The translations under genes and the position numbers were made by a program. A stretch of 54,851 bases of DNA, the filler included, from Bipalium vagum (lineage: Eukaryota), in NCBI GenBank assembly GCA_037834085.1. It is 3 parts of 3 records of this genome, joined end to end, with 100 filler letters (N's around TTAATTAATTAA, not from the genome) between each part and the next. Parts side by side here need not be neighbours in the genome. Positions count along the whole stretch, not along the records: positions 20,884 to 37,544 come from JBBMKC010100133.1; positions 37,645 to 54,851 come from JBBMKC010074407.1; 1 more part is not named here. One strand, written 5' to 3'. Numbering within the stretch: position 1 is the stretch's first letter; each line of letters opens with the position of its first letter. This document shows, piece after piece, positions 25,901-38,732 of the stretch. Below the pieces are notes generated by a model. The model had not been told where the DNA came from and did not search any database. It saw nothing but the letters and a program-made list of their open reading frames with translations.

Positions 25901-28900
25901 GATTCCAGATATCGCTGACGAATCTCAGGAGAGTTATGACAACTCTCCGAAACAAGTGATCGTCATTGGAAAAATGTAATTTGATATTTGATCTGAACTT
26001 TATATTTTACATTTTATATTTGAATTGATATGCATGAAAAGGCTTCGTAAGACATTATTTTTATTTTTATATCTCTGAAAAATTCGTCCGAATATTTTCT
26101 TGATGATTACTCATTAAAGATTTTGTAATTTTCGGCATTTAAAATATTTATTATTAAAACAATTTTAATTTTATTGTCTTTATTGACTATAATTTTTTTT
26201 ATTACCTTTATTGCCTTTTAAAATGTTTCTTGACTTTATTTACTTTTTGTGGTCCTAATTATTATCAATTTATTATTAATATTTTTTTAAAATCGATAAA
26301 ATAATTTTTTTAAACTTTTTTCCAACTCTCATGTTGCCATGAAGAAATTTCGTTTTAAAAATCGAAAGTAAACAAAATATTTATATATATGGGCTAAAGT
26401 ATCAAATAATATTTTCTTTTTTTCTTGAATTGTCTGAGGAACTATTTTTTTTATTTAAAAAATTAAAAAACGAACCCGATTTCAAGTCAAGCATGTATAC
26501 CATGTTCGAGAAACCTTTTGTCGGGATATCATTAAGTCCACCAATCACGTACACCTGATCGTTTAAAAGAACGCAACTGTTGAATATGTTTCGGTAATCA
26601 CTGGGGACAGCAGGCAAAGAACGCCAGGCTTTGGAACGAAAGTCATAACAGTTACAAAATGCGGAAAACAACTTTCCTTCTCGACCACCTAGATAATATT
26701 TAAGATATAATCAAATCAGCGGGTGATCAATCTCGAACTAACACCTTCAAAAAAGCAAATTCGCTTGATACATGCCAAAATTATCATTCAATATCATTAT
26801 CAACGAGAAAAGTTTCATGTAGTGATCAGTGAGACTAACATAGACAGTTGATTAAGAAAGAGAGGTTGCGCTTTACTTTGTGGTACAATTTAAAAAATTA
26901 TGCTTGTATGTAATCATTACATACTCGTAAAATTTAAAATATGGTCACATTAAAATAACTGGTACAACAATTAATAAAAGTGGTAAAATTAAAGTTATTT
27001 GATGAAATAAAAATATAATTAAACACAATAATAAAAATTAATAAATTAAAAACAACGAATATTTAATCTACCTAAATTTATTTTATGAAATGGGATAATA
27101 TTCCCGTATATATCGCAAAAACTCTTCAAAGCCATCGACACAATTTAAGCACCATTTCCGTCTGGCGAGATATTCGCATAAAGTGGCCTCAAATGCCTCT
27201 TCATTCGGCTGTCGTTTCCGAAACCAATTCTTCATCGGCCGTCTTGATAATAACATAATCCCTAATATCATTGAACCTTGAACTACATGGAGAAGGAGCA
27301 GCAGAGCAATGTGAAATCATCCGACAAACCGGCAGCTTATACTCCCCCCCACCTGAGGAAGCGTGAAGCTGCCAGATGTAACATTTGTTCCCTAAAAGCC
27401 TGTTCGTTCAGTTCAGACGAACAATGATCAGGGGTGGAGACAAGTGACAAATTCTAAGAGGAATTAATCAACTAAGACGAAAATGTCGATTTTTTCAAAA
27501 TAAATTGATTGACTTTTTAAGAAGCGAGGGATTATGTTGTCCAAATCTTGTTTGTTGTCCATTAAGACAACAAATTTTATTAAAACAAAATAATAAATTT
27601 TATATGGTACAATTTATTATTTATAATGTCATCAAAATTTATGTGGTACAAAAATTAAATTACATGATGATTGCGTAATGGTTTTTTAAATTGTACCATA
27701 AAGTAAAGCGCAACCGAAAGAGATAAGACTAAACAAAAACGAAAAGATTGAGGTGAAATTTAGAAATTTTTCGTAATAAACGATTCAGAATCAAAAGAAA
27801 AGACAAATCACGCAAATGAACAGATATTACTAAACTACAATCAATATCATAAACAAAAATAGGAGGAAAATAGATTACGTGTCGAACTGTATGTCTAGTG
27901 TAATTGAAATGTTGAATCCATTGCCGAGCGTTTTCTTAAAATTAATAATTATTTTATTTTCATTTTCGTAATCAATATAAAAATATCTTTCTCTCGCTCT
28001 CAGTATAAAAGTTGTGTTTTTTGACAATTCAGAAACCCGTAACAATGAAAATGGGTTGAAAATTAATTAATTTTATGAAAAAAAACATATAACATTTTCA
28101 ATAATTAAGAATATATTTTTTACTGGTCGGATAATAAAGTCCGTGTTAGCATTACACTTTAAACACAAACAAATTAAGTTGAACTTTATTAATGTAATAA
28201 AAAATGTTTTAAATAATATAATAGTAGATCAAATAATTGAAATTGGTCTAAAGTACAGGGTGTTTCATAAATATTTATACGGGTTTAAACAAATAAGAAT
28301 TAATCAATTTGTCAATGAACATGAATCAATTTCATATATTATTGTAGAGAAATCATTTAAAAAATAAATATTTTACAAAAAGCAATAAATTCGGTTGAAA
28401 ATCAGTTGATTATTTTGCTTTAAAGCCGTATACATATTTAAGAAACAATAAAATTTTTTTAAATATTACAACTTTTAGTGAAAAATTTAAATATGGATAA
28501 AATTCTTGTAAGAGCAATTTATCATTATGAAATCAAAAAACCCATGGAACTGCAAAGGTCAACCGAAATATCAATGGTGCATTCTGTCAGTGAAGAATTA
28601 ATAAGCGTATCATCCGTCGATAATTCCAATGCTTTTGACATGATGACAGTTTTGCTGATGAAAAAGGTTACGGACGTCATCGCAGAATGGTTACAAGTTA
28701 GCCACTCAAGGGTTCTGGATCACCTATACCTATGTCACTTGGGCTATGTGAGAAAGCTTGACAAAGGTATGGCTCACGATTTAAAAGAAAAACAAACAAA
28801 TCGTCGTTTTACTAAGTATGCTCGACCCTTCTTTTGCGAAATATCAACTACTCGATATTACTATCCTTTACTCGAGCACACAGAAAAATGCGACAAAAAA

Positions 28901-31900
28901 TCACATAATTCATGTGGTTTTTCTTTTATATTTTAAGCTAAAAAACATTTTTCTTACATATATTTCTATTTTTCTTCGTTCTGTAAAACCTATTCCCATT
29001 TTCTGGTAAGCTTTCAATACTCCTTCTATTACAGTCTGGGAAGGAAATATCTGGCGAATGCAGTGAATGAATTATTATTTTTTATTAAGGTTCTCAGTTT
29101 CTCTAACGTAATCTTTATAACATGCGGCGTACATTGTCATGATGAAACAGAACCCTTCTCTTAACCAAAGGTGGTTATTTTTCCATTGGTGCCTGGCTAG
29201 AACGATCAAACTGATTACAATTAACATTTCTATTGATGGTTTAAATTGAATTCATTAATTCAAAGTTACCACATTTTTGTCTCCAATTCAAGAACAACTC
29301 AACCGAGAAAGAAGATTAGTACACATTAATTCTTTGCATTAGGTCATTTTCAGAGACTAGAAACTTTATTAATACTTTTCAGGTGCCGATGAATGGAGGA
29401 CTTCATTGAATCCAGTTACATTGTTAGATTTTCAACAGTTACAGTTTCATTCTGCTCATCTGCCACCTTGAATAAATCTTCAACGACTTCCATTAGTTGT
29501 CCAGAGCGATTTGCATCCTGGAGACTGTAGTTTCCGAGTCGACATTTTTCGAACTACCGTTGCTATGGACATACACTAATAGTTGATTTCAAATATATTT
29601 GGCATAAAGTTTTGAAGTTCTGATCACATTTTTATGTTTATTATATTCGTAAAGCAAAATATGACGAATATGAGCCTTCAATAATACCAGTCCAAGTACG
29701 CTAAAAAAATATAAATTTTTAAATCTTACGTTATATTGAAGGCATAATCGATAAGATTCTATCTTATTAAGTAAATGTCGTTGCGAAAATTCCACAGAAT
29801 GAAATATGATATTTTACTTCATCTTCCATATTCTCCTGATTTGTCGACTACTAATTGTCATTTTTTCGAAACTGATTTTTTCATCATGTAAAATGTTCAA
29901 TAACCAAGGCGCTACCGAATGCTTTCCTTCAATTTGTTGAATCCAGCCATATTTTCCACCAACAATTTAATACTCATATTTTTATTTTAAATTCAATGGA
30001 ATAACATACTATTTTTCTAGGTTCATTTTAAAAGTAAAATTTTCTTAAATCGATAAGAAAATAATAAATGAATATTAATGGTTTCCTGTTGACTTTTAAT
30101 GAAAGAAAAAATGTTTTAATAATCAAAAAATTAAAAATTAGAACCCAAAATAGTAAGGATATTGAGTATTACTTTGAAATCAAAAGTTCATTAGATAAGT
30201 TTAATTAAAATACCTGTAGTGAAAGTGGAAAAATAATAATGTTAAATATAATAATTAAAATTATTAATAATATTATACATCATTATAATATAGGATTTTT
30301 GCATAAGTTTTACCGATGAAAACATTTATTTGATGAATTACATGGAAAACAAAGTTTATCAGTGTCTCTCAAATGTTGAAAATAATAAACTTTACTTTTA
30401 AGGCATTTCTGCCAACGATTTGGAAGCTATCTTATTTCAACTGATAAGAATTTATGAGACTTTGAACTAAACCATTTTTTATGTCAACGAGTTCTTCAGA
30501 AGTTTGGTACTTATTTCCATATATTGAAGATTTCATTTGAGAAAATATGTAATAATCAGACATATAAAGATCCGGAGAGTAAGGAGGACGAGGAAGAACT
30601 TTGAACCCAATCTCCAAAAGCTTTTGAGTAATTCTACAAACATGCGGACGTGTATTATCCTGCAAAAAGTGGAACTTTTCAAAACTTCCTAACATTCGTC
30701 GTCCATTTTGTCGAAGAGTTATCCAGCTGAAGATAGTAAATTTCTGAATTTGTTTATATTTTGGAGTGCATCGCATAGCAAGATTCCTTTACAGTCCTAA
30801 AATATTGTGGAGAGATGTTCTCTGGGATTCAGCGATTTTTTAATTGACTTAAATGGATGATCATAAGAAAAATACCACAACCTATTGTGATATGACTTTT
30901 TCCCATTATCCGAATATAACCAAACTTCTAGAGTAATAAGTTGTGAAAGCAAATCGTTACCATTGTACATGGCCAGCAATTCATCACAAAGTCTTGCGCT
31001 ATTTTGTTTGTTTTCTTCCGTAAGAAGATGTGGTAGCTATCTATTTACAAGATATTTCTTCCCCATTTTACGTGAATGTCTAATCAATGTAGCATGATTT
31101 ACATCAAATTCCTCTGCAGTAAATTATTGATGTTTTCTTCAAAGTTATCGATCTTTTAAGAACACTCATTCCGCTCTTTATCTTCGACGTTGAAATCGTT
31201 ATAACATCTTAGAAATTTCTTGCTGAAAGGGTTCCATCTCAAAAAACAAAATTTATCTTCTTAGCAATATCAGGAGTTCTCATTTTTTCCATCCATAAAA
31301 ATATATTAATTTTTTTAAAACTATTCTATCAAATCCAATATCTAAAATAACAAAATATATACATTATGTAATTAATTTTATTTAGATTATAAAAATAAGA
31401 TTTTAAAACAGATATATTGTATTTGATTGGCAATTAAGTCCATTCAGTTTTTTAGAAGACATAAAAACAAATTTTTTATTGATAAAAGCAATCTCAATCA
31501 ATGATGTGTAGTCCATTTTATTAATAACTTCCTTCCACCTGTCTACCAATTTCATTATTCCTCTTTCGTAGAATTCCTAAATTTTATTTTCAAAAAACGA
31601 ATCAAGATGCCTTTTGTGGACTCCTCATTGGTGAAAGTTTTCCCGTTTAAGAAATTCTGCAACGACTGAAATAATTGGTAGTCTCTAAGACCCAAGTCGG
31701 CGGAATATGGTGAATGTGGCAAAAATCCCACCCAAGGCTCGTTAATTCTTTCAGGGTGATCATTGAAATATGAGGCCTGGCATTGTCGTGTTGTAAGACA
31801 ACACCCCTGCGATTTGCCAACTCTGGAAGCCTTTTGTAAATTTAGTTAATTGAAAGCAGTAAACATTTGAATCAATCGCTTTGCCAGAAGGTAACATTGA

Positions 31901-34900
31901 AGATAACACCTTTATAAATACAACCAAACTGAAATTATTCTTTTTCGGATGTAATCCTGCTCTTGGTTTTTTTTTTTGGTGGCTGGGAACTGTGTCCCAA
32001 TGATCTCTTAAGCACTGCATTGTCGTAAGAAACCCATTTTTCATCACCAGTAACCTAGTTGCGTAAAATGGATGTCTTTCTTGCCGTTTTAGGAGCAAAT
32101 CGCAGATTGATATTCGTGCTGGTCTCAGTGAGTACCATACAGTAAGTCGAGAAAGGTAATCAATTTTATTTAAATGTTTTTCGACAGATTTATGTGATAT
32201 TTTAAGTCTCGTAACTATTTCCCGAACCGTCTGAGTTGGATTATAATAAGAATAAGACTAAAATTTTGAAACAGCGAAGAATTATAAAACTAAGTTATTA
32301 TATTTTAATAACTTAACAAATTTATCGGAAAAGACTTATGCAACAAACCTATATTTATTTCTTAATTTATTTATCTATCTTATATGAATACTTATCATTA
32401 ATATTAAAAAATTCCTACCTATAACATAAAGATTGTCGTTATACAAAAACGAACCAGCACTGAAATGGGAAGTTGGCATAGGTGGAAGTTCTTGCCAGTT
32501 TCCAACTTTCAAATCAAGCATTCCAAAATTTTTAAGAGTTACCATATCAGTAGTAAGGCCACCGCCACAATAAATAACATTATCTAAATAATAAAAATAA
32601 TAATTATTATAATGTTCAATTTCAAATTTCAAGCCAAAAAATAATAAAAAATAGTCATTAATAAATAATAATTTTTAAAGATGTAACCATGACAAAGATT
32701 TACCTCTGTTAACCACAATAGATCCTTGTGCAGGATTGGAAAGAGAAGGTGCTTGCGTCCACGAGTCAGAAGTAATATCGTAAATGTCAACTTTGTCCAG
32801 CTGCCGCTGCTTGTCATAAATTCCTCCAATAGTGACTATCTTCTCATCTGAAATAAAAATCAATGTCCATAAAATCGATTTTAACTTTGATTATTTGAAC
32901 CGCAAAAACAAAATGATGTATCAATCATCAAGTTACAAAGAATTTCAAAACCATTTTGAGATTGACGTCCACATGTTAACAACTTCCCATAGTAAAACAG
33001 TTAATATTTATGTAAAAATCTCTAGAGAAGCATAAATTTTACAAAGAAAGCTTTAGAATAGTGTGCGCTTTGTCGAAAATAAACGTATCACATAAATACA
33101 TCCTGTCATCAAATAAATTTGTTAGCTTATGAGAAACTCAAACATCGAACCTTTTTACATATTTCAGCTTCTTTAAATGATCATAAACAGTTGAATTATC
33201 GATATTCTATATTTCTACAATGTCGTCTAATGAGGATTTCCATCAACTATCGCCATTCTTTTAGCAACTTTGAACAACCATCCTGATCAAGGTCGTTAAT
33301 ATCAAAATCAACTTTATGAAATTTCTAGAACCACCGATGACATTGATGTTATTTGACACTTTATTCACCAAGCTTGAAGTGCGTATTTCTCTTTGCGAAA
33401 AAAATAATAAAACATTTAAAAAGCATATTTTCAGCTTCCATTTCAAATTGTAGCTAAATGTGCGAAAATTAAAAGAAAAAATTTTCCAAACCATAGATTT
33501 ATATCCACTCATTAATAATACACAAATAAAAAATTGTAAATTAAAATGATTTCACAAAATTAAACTAATAGATGTATGCATAAGTATTAAACCATTTTAA
33601 TCATTGTTTAAATAAATCAACAAATTATCAAAAAACCCCGTTAATTTAAATTTCGTTATTTATATTGTATATTTATTGAAAAGTAAATATTGCCCTTTAA
33701 TTGTTATAGAATATCAAAAAATTTTGGATTTAGAAATGAGTGACCAAAATATATACTATCGACATCGTATCAGATATTATTTTCAGCAAGGAAAAAGAGT
33801 TTTTGCATCATCTCAATCCATATTCTCTGTTCTAGGAGAGAAGGCTATCTGGTATAGTACATATAAATATTGGTATCGCCGATTTAAAGACTGGAATTTG
33901 ATGTAAACAATCTACTACGAACCCTGAGAAATTAGAAAAGCTACTCTGTGAGAATACTGCCCAAACACAAGAACTTGAGAAACATTTTGGAATCGACCAA
34001 GAAAGCAGTCATAGATTAAAAAAATTCAGAAGATTTGAATGAACTCTCAGAAATCGTCGCTTCTTGCTAGACAAAGAAAGACTTTGCGGCAAATCGTCAC
34101 TGGAGATGAAAAGTGGATTGCTTACGAAAATCTAAAGCGCATTCAATTTTTGGTAGACCTCGGTATACCAGCAACTTGAACCTCAAAAGTAAATATTCAC
34201 AGAAAAAATGCTCCTTTAAATGTGGTGGGACATGAGAGATTCAATTTATGATGATCTTCTCCAGATTGGCAACAACCATTAATTCAGAGCGTTACAGAAA
34301 ACAGTTGTTTCAATTGGGTTAAAAAATAAAGAAAAAAACCTTTTCAGGTTGAGAAGTTCTTCCTCGTGCAGCTATCTTATTCCCCGGATCTAGATCCTAC
34401 AGATTACCATTTGTTACGATCAATGCAACACTTTTTAGCAGGACATTGTTTCAAAAATGTTTCTGAGACTCAAGAATTTCTAGATAATTTCTTTGCTTCA
34501 AAACCTATCGTTCGGGAATTCGTCAATTACCTTAAAGATTGGAAAAAGTGCTGGACAGCAACGGATCTTACTTTGCTGATTGATTTTTGTATCTATGCTG
34601 TGTAAAACTAACTTTATTAGCTATTTTATCTAAATATTTAACCGTTAAAAATAGGCCTAATATTTCAATCTGATATGAGAATGTGTAACGGCTTTTTCAA
34701 CAACTTGATATTTAAATTTTAATATACTGCTGATTTCGGTTACGAAGAATATATATGGATCACATTTTATCCATTTTTTATTCCTTGTGTTTTTTATAAT
34801 GTTTATCCGATCTAATTCATAATAAAAACTAAAAAACATTGACTTAATGCTGAACAAATTTACTAATTTGTTTATTTTACTAATTAATCAATTATTCTAA

Positions 34901-36404
34901 TTTTCATTGCTCTTTTATATTTTATACAATTTATAATAACGGTCTTTCTAACATTTAAATATATGGAATTTGTTTCAGATTTGAAAATCAATCAAATTTT
35001 TTTTCTTGTTTACGTCCATGTGCTTGTATCTTGAGTAAGTTATAAACCATCAAAAATGCTCAAAACAACTACATGACCATAAGCTTAAATACAAGAGAAA
35101 CAGTTACTTAAACTAATACAGTCAATCCATAAACGAAAAGTTGAAAAATGGGAAAAAATAGTAGAGCAAGGTCTATTGAATGAAGATTCACAAAATCAAC
35201 ATTTGGCTTTCTTAGTTAATTTAACTCAAAAGTCTATTTCATTGAGATCCTGAACCAAGGAAAGCAGGTGATCAAAGTGTCAAAAGAAACTTGCAAAGTT
35301 TGATTGAAATGAAGTCTTTCATGCGTCGAAATCAGGAATAAAATATTTATTCAAATAAGAGACTGAAAAAAGAATAATAAATCATAGACCAATTCTCGAA
35401 TTCAACAGTAAAGCCTATTCATAGTTGAAATCAGTATTGTGTGAATAATGGAATCTATGGTATGTGAAGAAATGCAAAAGAAACAATGTGATCAACCAAT
35501 ACTGAGCTAAATGGAGGAAAAGTGATATTGTTTGCTACATGACTAAGTCTGACTAAAGGTTTTAAAATTTTTGGAAAAATCGATAGTGTTCGTAACTCCC
35601 GCCAACTCGATAGATATTGCCCCATCGGCTTATTCATGGCACACGGTCTTCTAGAGTAGGACTACCAATTGAAACCAAATTAATTTTTCTTTGATGGAAT
35701 TCATAAATTATCCAACGTTTTGCTTTGTTTATTACACAAGCTTACTTGTACTTTTTTCATTGTTATGGAAATTTTTATCATGTTTTGAGCTACAAGTCAC
35801 AATCTGAAACCCTGACATTTGGTCTTGTGGTTCTTCTATGCATTAAAACCCGCTCATAGTTAATTTTGTAGAGAAACGATTGACTACCAACATTTTTAAA
35901 TTGCGATTTTCGATTTTAAACGCCGGTCAAAGAAATTAAGATTTACGATAAGACTTTCTGCGATTTATCAGAAAAACGAAACAGGTGCATCACAAACTGT
36001 GGACTGTAACTTTCATGTTTTTGTACATTAGTATTGCTGAAAATATTGAACTGTCCGCATACATTGTGGAATTTTTTTGAAAGGAAGACTGGCGGTTTTA
36101 TAGTCCCTGATTTAATTATTTTGGTGATAAGAGTTTGGAATATTTCAGAAATAGTTATAAAAATAATAATTATAAAATCATAATCCATACCGATAGTAAC
36201 AATCGCAGAGCCAGCTTTTACGCGTGGCATATCTGATATGTTGATGAATTCTTTTCGATTCAATAAATCAATATATTGAGATGACTTCAAAGCCAATCCT
36301 TTCATGTCACAGCCACCAAAAATAAATAATTTAAATCCCACTACAGTAGAACAGTTATAAGTACAACATTCTTTAAGTAATGGAAGCTGATTATATATCA
36401 CCAT
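22909..36404 (-). CDS. KLHDC8: Kelch domain-containing protein 8-like (kelch-only beta-propeller), 6 exons, 339 aa
   Basis: Exons 36404-36191, 32847-32704, 32583-32419, 26688-26476, 23690-23598, 23099-22909. All introns are GT-AG and phase 1; 1020 nt open from ATG to TAA. Repeated GG...Y..W kelch motifs plus KLHDC8-like segments FGGCDMKG, PRVKAGSA, PMPT, GGREGK, KARADF, AGGMGN. No BTB domain. Confidence 0.9.
24020..25287 (+). mobile_element. Full-length rosa/DD41D-like transposon with disrupted transposase, in KLHDC8 intron 4
   Basis: Imperfect TIRs CACAGTGTTTATTATGTATGTTAACATACTTTC and GAAAGTATGTTAACATACATAAAAAACAATCTG with TA flanks. Motifs: KFDKTGSVHDKAKSGRP, IIWSGEGKFMLNGVVNRHNC, HDGASTH, IGRRGPFE*PPRSPDL, LFLWGYVKQNVY. 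Confidence 0.9.
25370..25780 (+). mobile_element. Mos1-like mariner N-terminal remnant
   Basis: MLNEKEHVREALIFLFHLKKNASDPHKLMIETYG..LAERTCRNW...GNFDLNDK...MGKMKKKGKWVPYQL. Confidence 0.8.
26864..27715 (-). mobile_element. Non-autonomous Merlin (IS1016-related) DNA transposon, 852 bp, in KLHDC8 intron 3
   Basis: 34-bp TIRs starting GG (26864-26897 and 27682-27715, 1 mismatch). Perfect 8-bp TSD GAAAGAGA (26856-26863 and 27716-27723). Minus-strand RPMKNWFRK...LCEYLARRKW...FEEFLRYIREYYP* resembles a Merlin transposase C-terminus. Subterminal TGGTACA repeats. Confidence 0.8.
27287..27467 (+). other. Putative captured two-exon mini-ORF (48 aa) inside the Merlin element
   Basis: 27287-27377 joined to 27412-27467 across a 34-nt GT..CAG segment gives MEKEQQSNVKSSDKPAAYTPPHLRKREAARFQTNNDQGWRQVTNSKRN*. 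Visibly GC-richer than its flanks. Confidence 0.45.
28253..29960. mobile_element. Cluster of fragmented mariner/Tc1-superfamily remnants on both strands
   Basis: TACAGGGTGTTTCATAA TIR at ~28254. Plus: MDKILVRAIYHYE..LGYVRKLDKGMAHDL and ILLHLPYSPDLSTTNCHFF. Minus: LFHHDNVRR and HIRHILLYEYNK. Confidence 0.65.
30291..32351 (-). mobile_element. Mariner element (outer) interrupted by a second mariner
   Basis: TIR pair TAGGATTTTTGCATAAGTTTTACCGAT (30291-30317) and ATCGGAAAAGACTTATGCAACAAACCTA (~32324-32351). Transposase remnant 30380-31280 includes FLQDNTRPH..VLPRPPYSPDLYMSDYYIF. Confidence 0.75.
31420..32240 (-). mobile_element. Inner mariner (5'-truncated, mellifera-like)
   Basis: TIR-like TATTTGATTGGCAATTAAGTCC at 31420; ISICDLLLKRQERHPF, LVTGDEKW, LPHSPYSADLG..DYQLFQSLQNFLNGK, FYERGIMKLVDRWKEV. 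Confidence 0.8.
32900..33520 (-). mobile_element. Degenerate mariner fragment
   Basis: HLKKLKYVKRFDV*VSHKLT resembles the WVPHEL region. Confidence 0.5.
33568..34640 (+). mobile_element. Internally deleted mariner in KLHDC8 intron 1
   Basis: MSDQNIYYRHRIRYYFQQGK...WYRRFK, LRQIVTGDEKWIAYEN, YSPDLDPTDYHLLRSMQHFLAG. Confidence 0.85.
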
Positions 36405-37544
36405 ATCAATAATTAATTTTCAGTGAAAAAAGGACAAAAATTTAAAAAAATATTAAAGATAAAATTGTGGTTATATAAACAAATGTTACAATTTACAGAT
36501 TTTTTACATATTATTATTTAATTAACTAAGATTAATAAATTTAAATTACATTTTGTATGACTGGCATATTTTTGGTTTAAAACCTTGTCGGAATTCATAC
36601 CAAAATTACTAGACGTATTTTTATAAATATTTATAGTAGTTAATTTTAAAAATTTTAAAGTGAACATTTTCAAAGGCTAAAAAAGGACTGAAAATTAATA
36701 TCGGAAATTTTATTTTCAAAAATTTAGGAAAAAACTAAAGAAGGAACATTTAAAAATTGAGATCAAAATATTGAAAACTCAAAATGTTCTGAATTTAATA
36801 TTCAATTGAGAATATTTATAATCTTAATGAGACTGTCATTTTCCGAAGGAGCACGCAAAATTCACCATTGAAAACGTACGTGCAAAGAATATTTCAGTTT
36901 CATCCGCTAAATTAAAATTAACTGAAACCTGGAAAAGCCTTATATGTAAGTGTTTGTTTCGACGCATACTGCGAGATCTAATCTCGAAAATATAAAAATG
37001 CTAACTCTATTAATATAGGTTAGAACTGGGCTCACCAACTACGTCAAAGGTAGTGTAACAAATAGGTATTCTAAGATACGAACTAAGTCTAATTAAATTA
37101 ACTAAAATAACACGTTTTATATTACAAAAATATATTTTGTAAAACAAATACAAATCTTTCTATCACAATTATAATATTAATTAATTAAAGTCATCTTGGT
37201 TTTATGATAACCGAAGAAGCCCTGGTGTCAAAAATACGTATTCTGTGGTCTAGAGCGAAGCAGAATTGAATTTTCAAGAAAACAAACAAAAGAAACGAGA
37301 AGATTAATAAAAAGAACGTATTGCAGAGTATTTGCTCTGAACACGTTAATGGTTATTTAATTATTATGATTTTTCTCAAAAGAGATCGATTTATAAAATA
37401 GCAAAAGCGTATTTTATTTAACTTTATTTATTACCGGCTGTAACTTGTTAAAACGAAGTTAAGTGCAAATTGAATGAGAAAACCAAGAGCTTATATACTC
37501 CTGATTTTCACATTCCTGATCTCTTGATTGGTGGAAAATAAAAC

Positions 37545-37644
37545 NNNNNNNNNNNNNNNNNNNNNNNNNNNNNNNNNNNNNNNNNNNNTTAATTAATTAA
37601 NNNNNNNNNNNNNNNNNNNNNNNNNNNNNNNNNNNNNNNNNNNN
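37545..37644. other. Assembly gap with artificial six-frame-stop linker
   Basis: 44 N + TTAATTAATTAA (37589-37600) + 44 N. Confidence 0.95.
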
Positions 37645-37703
37645 ATAATAATAATAATAATAATAATAATAATTAATAATAATAATAGTAATAATAATAA
37701 TAA
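37645..37703. repeat. (AAT)n microsatellite at contig edge
   Basis: Direct tandem AAT units. Confidence 0.9.
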
Positions 37704-38732
37704 AAAGTATAAAATTGTTTGATTAACCAGTCGCATCCATTTTAAAAGTTTTTCGACCTAAGTCTTTATTAATTAATTAATTTTAAACTTAACACACTAA
37801 CACTTTGCAAGGAAAAGCAAAATAAATCATATTGTAAAATTTTAATTTAATTTCCACATTTGATTAATAATAAAATTTATTATCAAAAGAAAATAAAATT
37901 GAACTTTCTTTACAAGGTATTATTTCGAGATTCACCTTTAAAAATATAATTACAAACAATAAACTGGAAAATATTTTCTTTTGAAGTACGATTAGTATTG
38001 GATAATCTTAACAATAAAATAGTTTTATTAATTTTGAAAATATGCAAGAAAGAAAATAGAAGAATTTTTCATAAATAAAAATGATAAATAAATAAATAAA
38101 AAAAAATAATATTGAAAATATTTCTTGTTTTAATGTTTTAAATTGGAGAGGACAATTCAATCAAATTTGTATAATAATATTATTAAATAATTGTTGTTTA
38201 TAATATTTTCCGATATTTGAAATTTAATTAAATTATTTTTTTTAATTGAAATAATCAAATCATAAGATGAGACTTGTACCATCAGTGTATTGTTTTTCCT
38301 ATGAATTTATAAGGGGTAAAATTCCTTCTAATTTTACTTAATTAAATTATTTTTAGAATTTTTTAATTACAGTAATTAAGAGCTGCGTAAAATTAACGGC
38401 ACTAAATCCATGGGAGAAATTTCCAAATTAATTGTGAATATATTTTTCTAGAAAATAATAAATAATTATTATAAAATTTTTCATTTATCGTAATATTTAT
38501 ATTTTTGTTTATATTTCATGTTCAGCAAATAATACTTTTAATAAAAAAAAAATTATAGAAATTAAATTTTCGAAAAACAAATCCAGCTGATAATTATATT
38601 TAGTTGATTAACGTAACAAATATTATTTGCGTTAATTTATATTATATATCTTGCTTAAAATTAATATTAATATTAATTATTTTATTATTATTAATATAAT
38701 TCATTAATATTGTTCTTAATTTGTTTATGTAA

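Noticed and set aside
36820-37350. Possible AXDND1 continuation or a gene divergent from KLHDC8
   Set aside because: Tested frames hit stops quickly and lack the expected coiled-coil character.
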